Positions 1 to 8,701 of a stretch of 64,000 bases of DNA are shown here, in pieces; the first letter of the stretch is position 1; every line of letters begins with the position of its first letter. Made by a program: the position numbers and the translations under genes. Source of the DNA: an uncultured Bacilli bacterium. Its GTDB lineage: Bacteria > Bacillota_I > Bacilli_A > RF39 > UBA660. Under the pieces are notes generated by a model. The model was not told the origin of the DNA and did not search any database. It was given only the letters and a program-made list of their open reading frames with translations. The stretch is taken from contig CALVIX010000006.1 in assembly GCA_944331895.1 (NCBI GenBank), forward strand, positions 1,798-65,797. Reading direction: 5' to 3'.

Positions 1-442
1 AGTTATAGTTGTCAACGAACTCTTGTAATTCTGCTGGAAGTTCTCCATATTTACTATTTTTCATTAGAAGCGTGGTACAACAGATAGCCCCCATAAAAAT
101 TCCAACCAATGCAGTAATGACTACCAAGATAACAACTTCCGTCGTCCGAAAACTTCTGTGCTTTTTTGTTGAAGGTGTTTTATGAATTTCTTTTGGCTTT
201 TGTATTCTTTTCAAAATAATTTCTGGTTGTTCTAACATGATCTTAGGATCTTTTTTCTCTCTGATCACAACATCTGGTTGTTCTAACTGAAAAAACTGTA
301 TCGCCGTTTTCTTCTGTTTGACAGTTTTCCGTTTACTACCAGTTTTCGTCGTTTCCTTTGCTGTTGTTTTTTTCGAAGCATGTGCTGTCTTCGTTTTTTT
401 AACAGTCGTTGTCTTTTTTACTTTTTTTTGTTCTTCTCCCAT
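1..442 (-). CDS. 5' portion of a membrane-anchored protein (runs off the window start), function unknown
   Basis: Hand translation from ATG 440-442 (AGGTGA RBS upstream) gives MGEEQKKVKKTTTVKK..., a Lys/Thr-rich N-terminus with a repeated LEQP(D/E)xxI motif. One TM helix follows (VVILVVITALVGIFMGAICCTTLL). The frame stays open to position 2. It is not in the ORF track because it is truncated by the window edge. Confidence 0.5.
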   Translation of the reverse strand, partial: MGEEQKKVKKTTTVKKTKTAHASKKTTAKETTKTGSKRKTVKQKKTAIQFFQLEQPDVVIREKKDPKIMLEQPEIILKRIQKPKEIHKTPSTKKHRSFRTTEVVILVVITALVGIFMGAICCTTLLMKNSKYGELPAELQEFVDNYN

Positions 443-546
443 AGTATCACCTTTAAATAATATAACACAATTTTTAAAATTATGTCTATTGCAATTACTT
501 AAAATACATAATTTTACATAATAAAATGGCAATAAATCTTGCCATC

Positions 547-1092
547 TTATTCTGTTATACTTTTTAAATGATTTAATATATCTTGTGCCCCAACGTAATG
601 TTCTACCAATCTTCCGTCTACTACTTTTACTAACGCTGTTTCTTTTATTTTGAAATCTGAAAGCGATTCAAAATCAAAATGATTTTCTTCTCCAATATAA
701 TTGGCATTTAAACCATCAGACAAATCTGCAGTATATACACGCAGCACATCATCTTTTCCACTGTTTTTATAAGTATCTAAATAACTTTCGTAAGTTTGAT
801 TAAATTGATCACCATCATTTTCTATCAATACGTAATAGCTACTTGGCGATTGCGTTAATAAAGTTCCAAGCATAATTTCGTCATACTGAATCACTGCGTT
901 TTCTACTGGAACCGTATTATTGGCTGCATCCTTTTGATGTTTCGTTACATAATAAGTAATAGCATAAAAAATTGCAAACAATACAACGACGATCAAAATA
1001 ATTTTAAATAATCGACTCAATTCATCCGTATGTGATGTCAATTGCATCGACTGTTGTTTCATCTTTTTTTTGTTGTTTTTCACTTGTTTCAT
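547..1092 (-). CDS. hypothetical membrane-anchored protein (single N-terminal TM, extracytoplasmic alpha/beta domain)
   Basis: ORF track 547..1161. The start was moved to the internal ATG (MKQVKNNKKK...), which is preceded by a GGTGA RBS. The TM helix is IILIVVVLFAIFYAITYYV. No family motif recognised. Confidence 0.5.
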   Translation of the reverse strand: MKQVKNNKKKMKQQSMQLTSHTDELSRLFKIILIVVVLFAIFYAITYYVTKHQKDAANNTVPVENAVIQYDEIMLGTLLTQSPSSYYVLIENDGDQFNQTYESYLDTYKNSGKDDVLRVYTADLSDGLNANYIGEENHFDFESLSDFKIKETALVKVVDGRLVEHYVGAQDILNHLKSITE

Positions 1093-1163
1093 TTTATCAC
1101 CTTTTAGTATTATAACATAATTCACATAAAAAAAATAGATAGCGCTTTCCAAAGCTTGCATAT

Positions 1164-2168
1164 CTATTTTCCTATCGGCATGACGCTTACAGAACGAGCG
1201 ACATCTAAAAGTTCTTGCTCACTCATAACATCACTTACGACATAATAATCAATCCCATTACTAGACCATGACACAGATCCGTCACTAACCGCAGCAACAG
1301 TATCAGCTAATATCGTAGGTTCTCCAAACACCGGAATCGTCAGCATATCTTTTGAAACAGATGTGGTTTCCTGAACAAACATAAACGGTTTCTCTCCAGA
1401 GAAAGTTAATATAACTCTCTCTCCATCTTCTTTCTTTACTGTTTCTTCGTCTGTTAAATGCGTGTTGGCAGGAATATACATCGGATAGATAATGTCCTCT
1501 ATTTCTGACACTTCCGTTGTTTCTTCAATTTCCAAAGATACTGCCATATTATCTTTTAACGTGAAGTATTTATCCTCGTATGTCGCCTTCATATCTTGTT
1601 GATGAAACTTCATCTCAATTTGTACATTTCCATCTCGATCATATACCTCAACCTTTTTAACATTTAAATCTTTATCAAATATAATTTTTTGATTTTTTAA
1701 ATTCGTATTACTAGAATATTTTACTTTTGTCGTATATACGTACTCATCCTTCGTTGCTTTAAATTTTCTATCCTTATCTTCTTCGATATCTTTTAATAAC
1801 GTTTGAAGCAAATAAGATTGTGAATTATTGTACGGCCATTCACTTTGAAATTTAAAACTCTTGTTTAATGATGGCGTTAATACGTATACACCTTCTGTAT
1901 TCTTTAAAATGATCTGTTCGTGATTGTTGGTTTGATTTTTTAAACTAACACGATATTGTTCATCCTTCTTATATGCAACATCTACGTCATATACATATAT
2001 GTCTTCATTATTAGTAATCTTTAAAACTCCACTCAAATGATATCCTTTCGCATCCTCTACATGCTTCGTAAAATCTTTCAAAAAATCCTTTTCGTCATAA
2101 CTTCCACACCCCAACAATAAAAAACTACCAACTATTATCAATAAAAATAGAATACTTTTTTTCATCAT
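1164..2168 (-). CDS. lipoprotein, possibly LolA-fold/YdcC-like
   Basis: Lipobox signal peptide MMKKSILFLLIIVGSFLLLGC|GS. The beta-rich body is reminiscent of LolA-like sporulation lipoproteins. The family call is weak. Confidence 0.5.
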   Translation of the reverse strand: MMKKSILFLLIIVGSFLLLGCGSYDEKDFLKDFTKHVEDAKGYHLSGVLKITNNEDIYVYDVDVAYKKDEQYRVSLKNQTNNHEQIILKNTEGVYVLTPSLNKSFKFQSEWPYNNSQSYLLQTLLKDIEEDKDRKFKATKDEYVYTTKVKYSSNTNLKNQKIIFDKDLNVKKVEVYDRDGNVQIEMKFHQQDMKATYEDKYFTLKDNMAVSLEIEETTEVSEIEDIIYPMYIPANTHLTDEETVKKEDGERVILTFSGEKPFMFVQETTSVSKDMLTIPVFGEPTILADTVAAVSDGSVSWSSNGIDYYVVSDVMSEQELLDVARSVSVMPIGK

Positions 2169-2280
2169 CTCACCCCAATTTTTTATTTACTAAATTATAT
2201 GGGCATTTTTTTCAAATATGAACGAATAATTTACTTTTTTCTATCCATGATAATTAATGATAACTGAAAGGAGTATAAAA

Positions 2281-2484
2281 ATGGAAACAATTCAAAAAAC
2301 AGCACTTGTATTCACTATCATTGGTGCTATCAATTGGGGATTGATCGGTCTTTTCGATTTTGATCTCGTAGCAACATTATTTGGAGATATGAGTTTGTTA
2401 TCACGAATCATATATGTAATCGTAGCAATCTGTGGACTAATTAACATAGGCATATTCTTCCATCATTTGCATAGCGATCATTAA
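2281..2484 (+). CDS. DUF378 family small membrane protein
   Basis: METIQKTALVFTIIGAINWGLIGLFDFDLVATLFG matches the DUF378 (YuzA-like) signature. A GGAG RBS precedes the ATG at 2281. Confidence 0.6.
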   Translation: METIQKTALVFTIIGAINWGLIGLFDFDLVATLFGDMSLLSRIIYVIVAICGLINIGIFFHHLHSDH

Positions 2485-2520
2485 AAAACTTCAGCGATAT
2501 AAATTGCTGAAGTTTTTAGT
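2484..2520. terminator. bidirectional rho-independent terminator
   Basis: Hairpin aacttcagc-(loop)-gctgaagtt flanked by an A-run and a T-run. It lies between the convergent DUF378 gene and cdaR. Confidence 0.7.
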
Positions 2521-2521
2521 T

Positions 2522-3880
2522 TTATTTTCGAACAATTCTGATTTTAACTTTTTTCGTCTTCGGAACATATTGTACACGACTATCTGTCTGATCTACTTCG
2601 ACAGCCACTTCATGTTCTCCTTCTCCATATCCTTTTAAATCAAGATATGCGACAACGTCCTCTGTACGAATACTATTGATAACTGTCGATACACCTTTAA
2701 CAATAACAGACACTCTTGTATCTTCTTGGCTGATTCCCTGAACGGCATAGTTGTCATTCAAATTACGATACTCTATGTTGATACCACTAATTTCTTTATC
2801 TACTGAATCTCCTAGAGTAATTCCAACCGTAACATTGTTAACCGACATTGCATTTACTCCTACAGGTTTTTTCAATGATAATTTGTACTCGCGATCTTCT
2901 TTCAAATCTTTAACATCTACTTCGACTGGAACCGATTTCAAATCTGCAAGTACTTCTTCTGATCCATATACAGTTACTTTAGTATCAGAAAGTTCAATCG
3001 ATTTGATTGCCTTCCCAAAACTTACATCTCCCTTCGGAATAACTTTAATTGGCAATTCTTTGCTAGGAGACGTGATTTCGACTTCAGCATCTATTTTATT
3101 TGGTACGATTTCTACATTTTTCACTACATTTCCATTGTCATCGTACGCTTTCAACATAACATCTTTTAATTCTATTGTTCCAACTTCCTGTGTCACTAGC
3201 TTCTTTACATCCACTAGCCCTTTTACTGTTGCAACATTAGATAAGACATGTTCAGCACCCTTAATAACCACTTTATCACTATCAATATTGATATCTTTAA
3301 TTACTAATTTTGAGTCTAAGCTATCTTGATTCAAAACATCTAAAGTCAAAGTTCTAGTTTCTGATACTTTGGGATAAATGATTACAGTCGCAACCGAAGG
3401 ATTCACTTTGTAATCTATAGATGGAAGCACTTGATTATATTTGATATTTACTTTATGGGTCCCTGGCTTCAACCCAGATAAATCAACATTGATATCATTA
3501 GATGGAGATTGCTTGGCAAAATATAAATCCGCCTTCCGTCCAATCAACGTAACATCCACAGTGGAAGGTAACCCTTCAATTACATATGCTTCTTCATTAT
3601 AAATAACATTTACGGGTTGCTTTTTTAATACCTCTGCTGAATTTTCGCTAAATAGTAATACTTTTTGATCGACGATTATAAACATTACAATCGCTAAGAA
3701 TAGAGAAATAAACAGTAAAGTTGTACTTTTAGAAAGCCACTTTTCAACGCGTTTTCCAGATTTTTCAAATTGTTCTGTAACATATAAAATCAATTTTGTG
3801 ATAGGAACGACAATCTTCTTGTCGATCAATTTCCACAAATTCCGAAAAAAATTACTTATCCATCTCATCTGTTTCTTCAT
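2522..3880 (-). CDS. cdaR: CdaR (YbbR-domain regulator of diadenylate cyclase)
   Basis: N-terminal TM followed by repeated beta-rich YbbR-like modules. It overlaps the cdaA stop, the conserved cdaA-cdaR arrangement. Confidence 0.75.
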   Translation of the reverse strand: MKKQMRWISNFFRNLWKLIDKKIVVPITKLILYVTEQFEKSGKRVEKWLSKSTTLLFISLFLAIVMFIIVDQKVLLFSENSAEVLKKQPVNVIYNEEAYVIEGLPSTVDVTLIGRKADLYFAKQSPSNDINVDLSGLKPGTHKVNIKYNQVLPSIDYKVNPSVATVIIYPKVSETRTLTLDVLNQDSLDSKLVIKDINIDSDKVVIKGAEHVLSNVATVKGLVDVKKLVTQEVGTIELKDVMLKAYDDNGNVVKNVEIVPNKIDAEVEITSPSKELPIKVIPKGDVSFGKAIKSIELSDTKVTVYGSEEVLADLKSVPVEVDVKDLKEDREYKLSLKKPVGVNAMSVNNVTVGITLGDSVDKEISGINIEYRNLNDNYAVQGISQEDTRVSVIVKGVSTVINSIRTEDVVAYLDLKGYGEGEHEVAVEVDQTDSRVQYVPKTKKVKIRIVRK

Positions 3881-4670
3881 CCTCCTCTTCTAAAATCAAT
3901 GCCTTTTTAGGTCTTAATTCGTCTAAAAGCATTAACTTAAACTCATCAAGAGTCAGATTATAGTTCAATTCTCCACCGATCGCAATAGAAATACGTCCTG
4001 TTTCTTCTGACACGATCAATGCGATACAGTCAGTCTCTTCTGAAATTCCCAATGCCGCTCTATGGCGAGTTCCAAGACGTTTACTAATTTTTAAATTGTC
4101 ACTCGTCGGGAACACAGCTCCAGCACTGGTAATCTTATCTCCTTGGATAATAACTCCACCATCATGCATCGGATTGTTTGGGAAAAATAGAGAAATCAAA
4201 AGTTCGCTAGAAATATCAGCGTAGATTTTTTTAGATTTTTCAATATATTCAACAAGACTATTATCACGTTCGATAACGATTAATGCTCCGATTCGTGCCC
4301 GTTTTAAATATTCTACCGCTTGCATAATTTCGTATACTACTTTTTCACGCTCATCTACCGTTAAAACTTTATGACGACCTAACAGCTGGCTTCGTCCCAA
4401 TTGTTCCAATACAGTACGTATCTCAGGTTGAAAAATAATGATAATTGCCAAAGGCCCCCACATGATCACATAATCTAATAAATATCCGATTGTTACTAAA
4501 TTTAAAACATCACTTATAATTTTTAAAATTACGATAAATAAAATTCCTTTAAATAACAATACCATCTTGACGTTTTTTCGCAAGCTTTTTAACATGTAAT
4601 ACAAGACAAGCCATACGAGTAATACATCCAAGAATCTTCTGGCAAATAATACAATACTATCAAATGTCAT
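3852..4670 (-). CDS. cdaA: diadenylate cyclase CdaA (c-di-AMP synthase)
   Basis: Three N-terminal TM helices plus a DAC domain with motifs DGGVII, GTRHRAALG and SEETGRISIA. Confidence 0.9.
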   Translation of the reverse strand: MTFDSIVLFARRFLDVLLVWLVLYYMLKSLRKNVKMVLLFKGILFIVILKIISDVLNLVTIGYLLDYVIMWGPLAIIIIFQPEIRTVLEQLGRSQLLGRHKVLTVDEREKVVYEIMQAVEYLKRARIGALIVIERDNSLVEYIEKSKKIYADISSELLISLFFPNNPMHDGGVIIQGDKITSAGAVFPTSDNLKISKRLGTRHRAALGISEETDCIALIVSEETGRISIAIGGELNYNLTLDEFKLMLLDELRPKKALILEEEDEETDEMDK

Positions 4671-4762
4671 ATCTAACCTCCATCTAATCCGTCCTATTCA
4701 TTATATCATATTCATCCTCGTTTTGAAACAATTAGAGAAAGAAAAAGAATGGCAAATCCATT

Positions 4763-5401
4763 CTAAAATTTCCATATATCATCTAAAGATGCATCATCCG
4801 TCGAACTTGTCTCTTTTACTTCCTTTTTCTTTTTGCTTTTCTTTTTTTTCGATGAAACTTTTGATTCTTCTATCGAACTATCAACTTCTTGCTCTGGAGC
4901 AATTTGAAATTTTGCTTCTGCCAATCGAGGTTCTAATTGAGTAGTTACATCAGATAAATCAACCACTTCTTCCTCTTCACTATTATCTGTTGTCAAATTT
5001 GCTGTTGGTAAAGAAGATATTTCATCCGGCGATTCCATAGATACGTTCATGTCAGACTCGACAATATTCGAATCGTTAGAAATTTCATCCACAGAAGAAC
5101 CAGAAACCTCCCCAATCGTAGATGGCAACTCCCAGTCCATAGCCGTTCCTGTCGTCATCGTCGATTGTGGAACTTCGGGCTGCGTAGTCACGTCATTTTG
5201 TTCAATTTGTGATTCGTCTTTTATTTCCTGAGGAACTTCCTCTACGTCCTTTTTGTGTTTCTTTTGTTTTTTTGGCTTCTTTTCTTTAGGCTCTTTTTCT
5301 TTAACAAAATCAGTTTTTTCTGCAATATATCCAATTAAGGCCATTACTAAAATAACCCCAATAATTAAAAACCATATATAATTTTCGATGACAAAATCCA
5401 T
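4763..5401 (-). CDS. membrane-anchored low-complexity acidic/Lys-rich protein
   Basis: N-terminal TM (WFLIIGVILVMALIGYIA), then KEKKPKKQKK and Glu/Asp/Ser-rich sequence, ending in a KKKKSKKKKE tail. No family recognised. Confidence 0.45.
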   Translation of the reverse strand: MDFVIENYIWFLIIGVILVMALIGYIAEKTDFVKEKEPKEKKPKKQKKHKKDVEEVPQEIKDESQIEQNDVTTQPEVPQSTMTTGTAMDWELPSTIGEVSGSSVDEISNDSNIVESDMNVSMESPDEISSLPTANLTTDNSEEEEVVDLSDVTTQLEPRLAEAKFQIAPEQEVDSSIEESKVSSKKKKSKKKKEVKETSSTDDASLDDIWKF

Positions 5402-5463
5402 ACAGCCCCTCCTTTATTCTTCTTATATGTTATCATCATTTTAGAAAAATAACAATATTTTTT

Positions 5464-5982
5464 TTATTGTTTTTCATTTCGTGTCAAGTAATCCGCACCC
5501 TTGAATGGATCAAACTGTAATAGATCACGATAATTCTGTTGTCTCAAGACTTCAAATAACATGATAGCAACACAATTTGATAAATTAAGTGCTCTAATAT
5601 GTTCGTTGATCGGTATTCTCATGCAATGATCTAAATCTTGCTGCAAAATTTCTTTCGGAATCCCCGTGCTTTCCTTTCCAAAGATCAAATAAATTTCTTC
5701 TTCCTGATTACTATAATCAAACGACGTATAAGGCTTAGTTCCATATCGTGTTAAATAATAATAAGTTCCGGGATTTTTTTCCTTAAACTCATCAAAATTT
5801 TCATAGATAGTATAATGACAATGCTCTAAATAATTAACTCCACTACGGCGCAAGCGACTTTCTTCCATTGAAAATCCCAATGGTTTTATCAAGTGCAAAT
5901 GAGCTCCTGTTCCTGCACAAGTTCTCATGATATTTCCAGTGTTTTGTGGAATTTCCGGTTGATATAGGACAATATGTATCAT
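5464..5982 (-). CDS. trmL: tRNA (cytidine/uridine-34 2'-O)-methyltransferase TrmL (SpoU/TrmH family)
   Basis: MIHIVLYQPEIPQNTGNIMRTCAGTG...LIKPLGF and the C-terminal NLSNCVAIMLFE closely parallel E. coli TrmL (YibK). Confidence 0.8.
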   Translation of the reverse strand: MIHIVLYQPEIPQNTGNIMRTCAGTGAHLHLIKPLGFSMEESRLRRSGVNYLEHCHYTIYENFDEFKEKNPGTYYYLTRYGTKPYTSFDYSNQEEEIYLIFGKESTGIPKEILQQDLDHCMRIPINEHIRALNLSNCVAIMLFEVLRQQNYRDLLQFDPFKGADYLTRNEKQ

Positions 5983-6509
5983 TATTCCATCTCCTGATGT
6001 TTTAAGACAAATTCTTCTAATTTTTCATAAGATGTAATTTGATTATTCGTATTATAAACATCTACGATTTTACCATTCTCAAACACTAGTAGGTTCGGAA
6101 CATATCCTAAACTAATATTTTTTTGTTTTAATTCTTCAGATAAAAATTGATCTGCTAGAGATTGAAAAAATTGATCATCTGTAATTTTATCTCTATCGAG
6201 CACAACGATGGTATCGTTCAATTCATGCTTTAAAATCAATTTCTTTAATTCCGTCTCAAACTCCATGTTTGGTTCAGTATCAGCTGTAAAAGATGTAATA
6301 TAAATCATAATATTTCCATTATCTAAAATATAATTTGACACTTCATCCATATGAACTTCAGATATCATCTCCACGATCGGCGATGTCTCTACGCGATACT
6401 CCTCTGCTGTACGATACCAGCTAGCACAATACCAAACAAGAAAAACAGAAACAACACAGACAAACCCAAAAATAACATAATTTTTCATCTCTATTTTTTT
6501 CTTCTTCAC
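5982..6509 (-). CDS. membrane-anchored thioredoxin-fold-like protein (no CxxC)
   Basis: N-terminal TM. The C-terminal beta-alpha pattern (PNLLVFENGKIVD) is typical of Trx-fold proteins, but the redox CxxC is absent. Confidence 0.4.
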   Translation of the reverse strand: MKKKKIEMKNYVIFGFVCVVSVFLVWYCASWYRTAEEYRVETSPIVEMISEVHMDEVSNYILDNGNIMIYITSFTADTEPNMEFETELKKLILKHELNDTIVVLDRDKITDDQFFQSLADQFLSEELKQKNISLGYVPNLLVFENGKIVDVYNTNNQITSYEKLEEFVLKHQEME

Positions 6510-6606
6510 ACCATCGCCTCCACTCCTTATTATTTTACCATAAATTGGTCCTCATTTCAATTTTCTTTTTATAACTTTTATTCTACAAAAAGATAAAAGA
6601 TGCTTC

Positions 6607-7704
6607 TTAAAAAGCATCTGCTGATCCTTGTATCTCCTCTAATGTAACATCTGGTAATACAATGTTTTCCTCGGCACATAATTTAGCAAATTTTTGTTTA
6701 AATAGCGCTAGTTCTTTGACGATGCTATCTGGATAAATTCGCTTACTTGTCTTAATCGCGTTATACACGTCTTCGATCGTCACTTCTTTTTTGTTACGAA
6801 ACAAAGCTTGTGAAAAAGCTTGCGTCAAAACAGAAAGGGAAACATCAGGATACATTGCTGATAAACCATACACACGTTTATATTCGGATGTTGCACTTAC
6901 AATCGATTCCATCAATAATTCGCATACATAATCATTATATTTAAACGAAATTCCAGTCTGCTTTGATATTTTCGGTAACGTACCCATCAAAATTTTAACT
7001 GTCGTTGCCTCGTCTGGCTCTGCAACGTCTATGCGATCAAACCGCCTCAAAAAAGCACGGTCTCTAACAATATAAGTATCATATTCTATCGTCGTCGTTG
7101 CACCAATTGCTTTAATCTCACCACGATCTAGACCCGCTTTTAACATGTTTGCCAAATCCATAGACTCTGATTGTCCCCCAATCAAAGTATGAATTTCATC
7201 TATAAATACAATTGTTTTCGTTGCGTGTTTTAACTCATCTACTAAAATATTCATAATGAGTTCTTCTTTTCCATTGATCAAAATTTTCCCTACCAAAGAA
7301 GTGGAATTCAATTTGATAATGCGATAGCCTTTTAAAGCATCTGGCACTTGATCTTTTTCTATTAAATAAGCAAGACCTTCTACGATCGCAGTCTTTCCAA
7401 TTCCAGGCTTACCAACCAAAAGAGCGGATTTTTCCGGAGTCAAAAGAACGATGATCATCCGTTTTATCTCCTCTTCACGTGCAATCGCCGGATTCGTAAT
7501 ATATTGCTTTGCCGTTAAATCTTCTCCATAACGATCCAAAACACTAAATGTTAATGACTCCTGCTTTGGAGTTTCAGCCACATTTTCCTGTGGAGTTTCA
7601 GGCAACACCACGGGTTGCACATTCACCGGTGATACATTAGCGACAGATTCATCACGTCGTTTCCCTGTCCCCATTGGATCAAATATATCCTGATTTCCGT
7701 TCAT
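6607..7704 (-). CDS. stand-alone AAA+ ATPase related to ClpA/ClpB nucleotide-binding domain 1
   Basis: REEEIKRMIIVLLTPEKSALLVGKPGIGKTAIVEGLAYLI...VPDALKG matches the Clp NBD1 Walker A region. Walker B is VFIDEIH and sensor/arginine-finger-like motifs are present. Only one AAA module (365 aa). Confidence 0.7.
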   Translation of the reverse strand: MNGNQDIFDPMGTGKRRDESVANVSPVNVQPVVLPETPQENVAETPKQESLTFSVLDRYGEDLTAKQYITNPAIAREEEIKRMIIVLLTPEKSALLVGKPGIGKTAIVEGLAYLIEKDQVPDALKGYRIIKLNSTSLVGKILINGKEELIMNILVDELKHATKTIVFIDEIHTLIGGQSESMDLANMLKAGLDRGEIKAIGATTTIEYDTYIVRDRAFLRRFDRIDVAEPDEATTVKILMGTLPKISKQTGISFKYNDYVCELLMESIVSATSEYKRVYGLSAMYPDVSLSVLTQAFSQALFRNKKEVTIEDVYNAIKTSKRIYPDSIVKELALFKQKFAKLCAEENIVLPDVTLEEIQGSADAF

Positions 7705-7714
7705 AAAACCCTCC

Positions 7715-8131
7715 TTATTCTATATATCCTGCTTTTTTCATTTTAGACTCGATTGTCTCGATGTCTTTATCTCCTTCAATCCGATTAGACATTGCCGTTT
7801 CTTTTCCGTCTTCAAAGAAAATAGTTGTCGGCGTTCCAGTAAAATTCATCCGTTGGACAAATTTCTTATACTCATCTTCATTTAACTCTGATATGTCAAT
7901 GTAAAAAACTTGAACTTTATATAACTTGATCACAGTTTCCATTTTCGGTTTAAAACTAGCACAATGACTACAATTTGAAGAGCCAATCGTTAAAATAAAA
8001 CTATCTTTTTGATCTAATTTTTCGTATACCTCGTCTAATGAAATTGTCGTATATGTGGATAGTTTAGAAGAACATCCAGCAAACAACATCACAAGGCAAG
8101 AACATAAGACAAAAGTAAACAGTTTCTTCAT
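7715..8131 (-). CDS. thioredoxin-like lipoprotein
   Basis: Lipobox LFAGC|SS, a redox motif CSHC, and the GTPTTIFFEDG cis-Pro loop typical of thioredoxins. Confidence 0.65.
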   Translation of the reverse strand: MKKLFTFVLCSCLVMLFAGCSSKLSTYTTISLDEVYEKLDQKDSFILTIGSSNCSHCASFKPKMETVIKLYKVQVFYIDISELNEDEYKKFVQRMNFTGTPTTIFFEDGKETAMSNRIEGDKDIETIESKMKKAGYIE

Positions 8132-8188
8132 ATCTACCACCTACTTTTCTTATTATATACCAAAGATTAACAAAAAAAAAGAGATTTA

Positions 8189-8644
8189 CTATATTTTCTC
8201 TTTTTTGTGAATTATCAATTGTTCCGGTAACAAGTAAATCGTTTTATTTTGATCCACTACTACTTTAGGTGTCGTTTGAAAATAACTTGCCACCTTAGTT
8301 AAAGTATCATTATCTTCAGTAATATAAAATTCAACATTTTCCTTCGGCACGATAAGTACTTGATCAACATATAGATAATCATCACTATCTAATCCATTTA
8401 ACATAGCCAACTGAATAGCAGTGATCCCATACTTTTGTGCAAGACCATACAGAGTATCTCCCTTTTTTACTATATACCTAGAAAACATCGCCGATTCTCT
8501 AGGCACGATAATTCTCTCGCCTTCTCTTACTACATAATCATCCGTAAACCCATTCAATTCGCGCAGCAAATTAGTTGTCACATCAAAATTTTTAGCAATT
8601 TGTTCTAACGTCTCTGATTTTTGCACTTGATAAATTCGATACAT
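8189..8644 (-). CDS. LysM-domain protein (three LysM repeats)
   Basis: Three repeats of the Y-V-x-GDTL/ETLxxIA...N pattern. The start is set at the ATG preceded by an AGGGAGGG RBS. Confidence 0.7.
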   Translation of the reverse strand: MYRIYQVQKSETLEQIAKNFDVTTNLLRELNGFTDDYVVREGERIIVPRESAMFSRYIVKKGDTLYGLAQKYGITAIQLAMLNGLDSDDYLYVDQVLIVPKENVEFYITEDNDTLTKVASYFQTTPKVVVDQNKTIYLLPEQLIIHKKEKI

Positions 8645-8701
8645 GATATCCCTCCCTATTTTACAATATGTAATCACGAAAAAAAGGAAACTAAATTTCC
8701 T

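Noticed and set aside
318-521. 67-aa plus-strand ORF at the left edge
   Set aside because: It is antisense to the better-supported partial minus-strand CDS (1..442, with RBS and TM helix). Its translation is low-complexity Phe/Val-rich, typical of a shadow ORF.
2751-3329. 192-aa plus-strand ORF inside cdaR. Similar antisense or alternate-frame ORFs occur at 8795..9184, 14132..14467, 17134..17529, 27492..27692, 42384..42653, 46606..46869 and 52835..53107.
   Set aside because: Each lies wholly within a gene whose product has clear family motifs on the other strand or frame. They lack RBSs and have skewed Ser/Thr/Phe/Leu compositions typical of shadow frames in AT-rich DNA.
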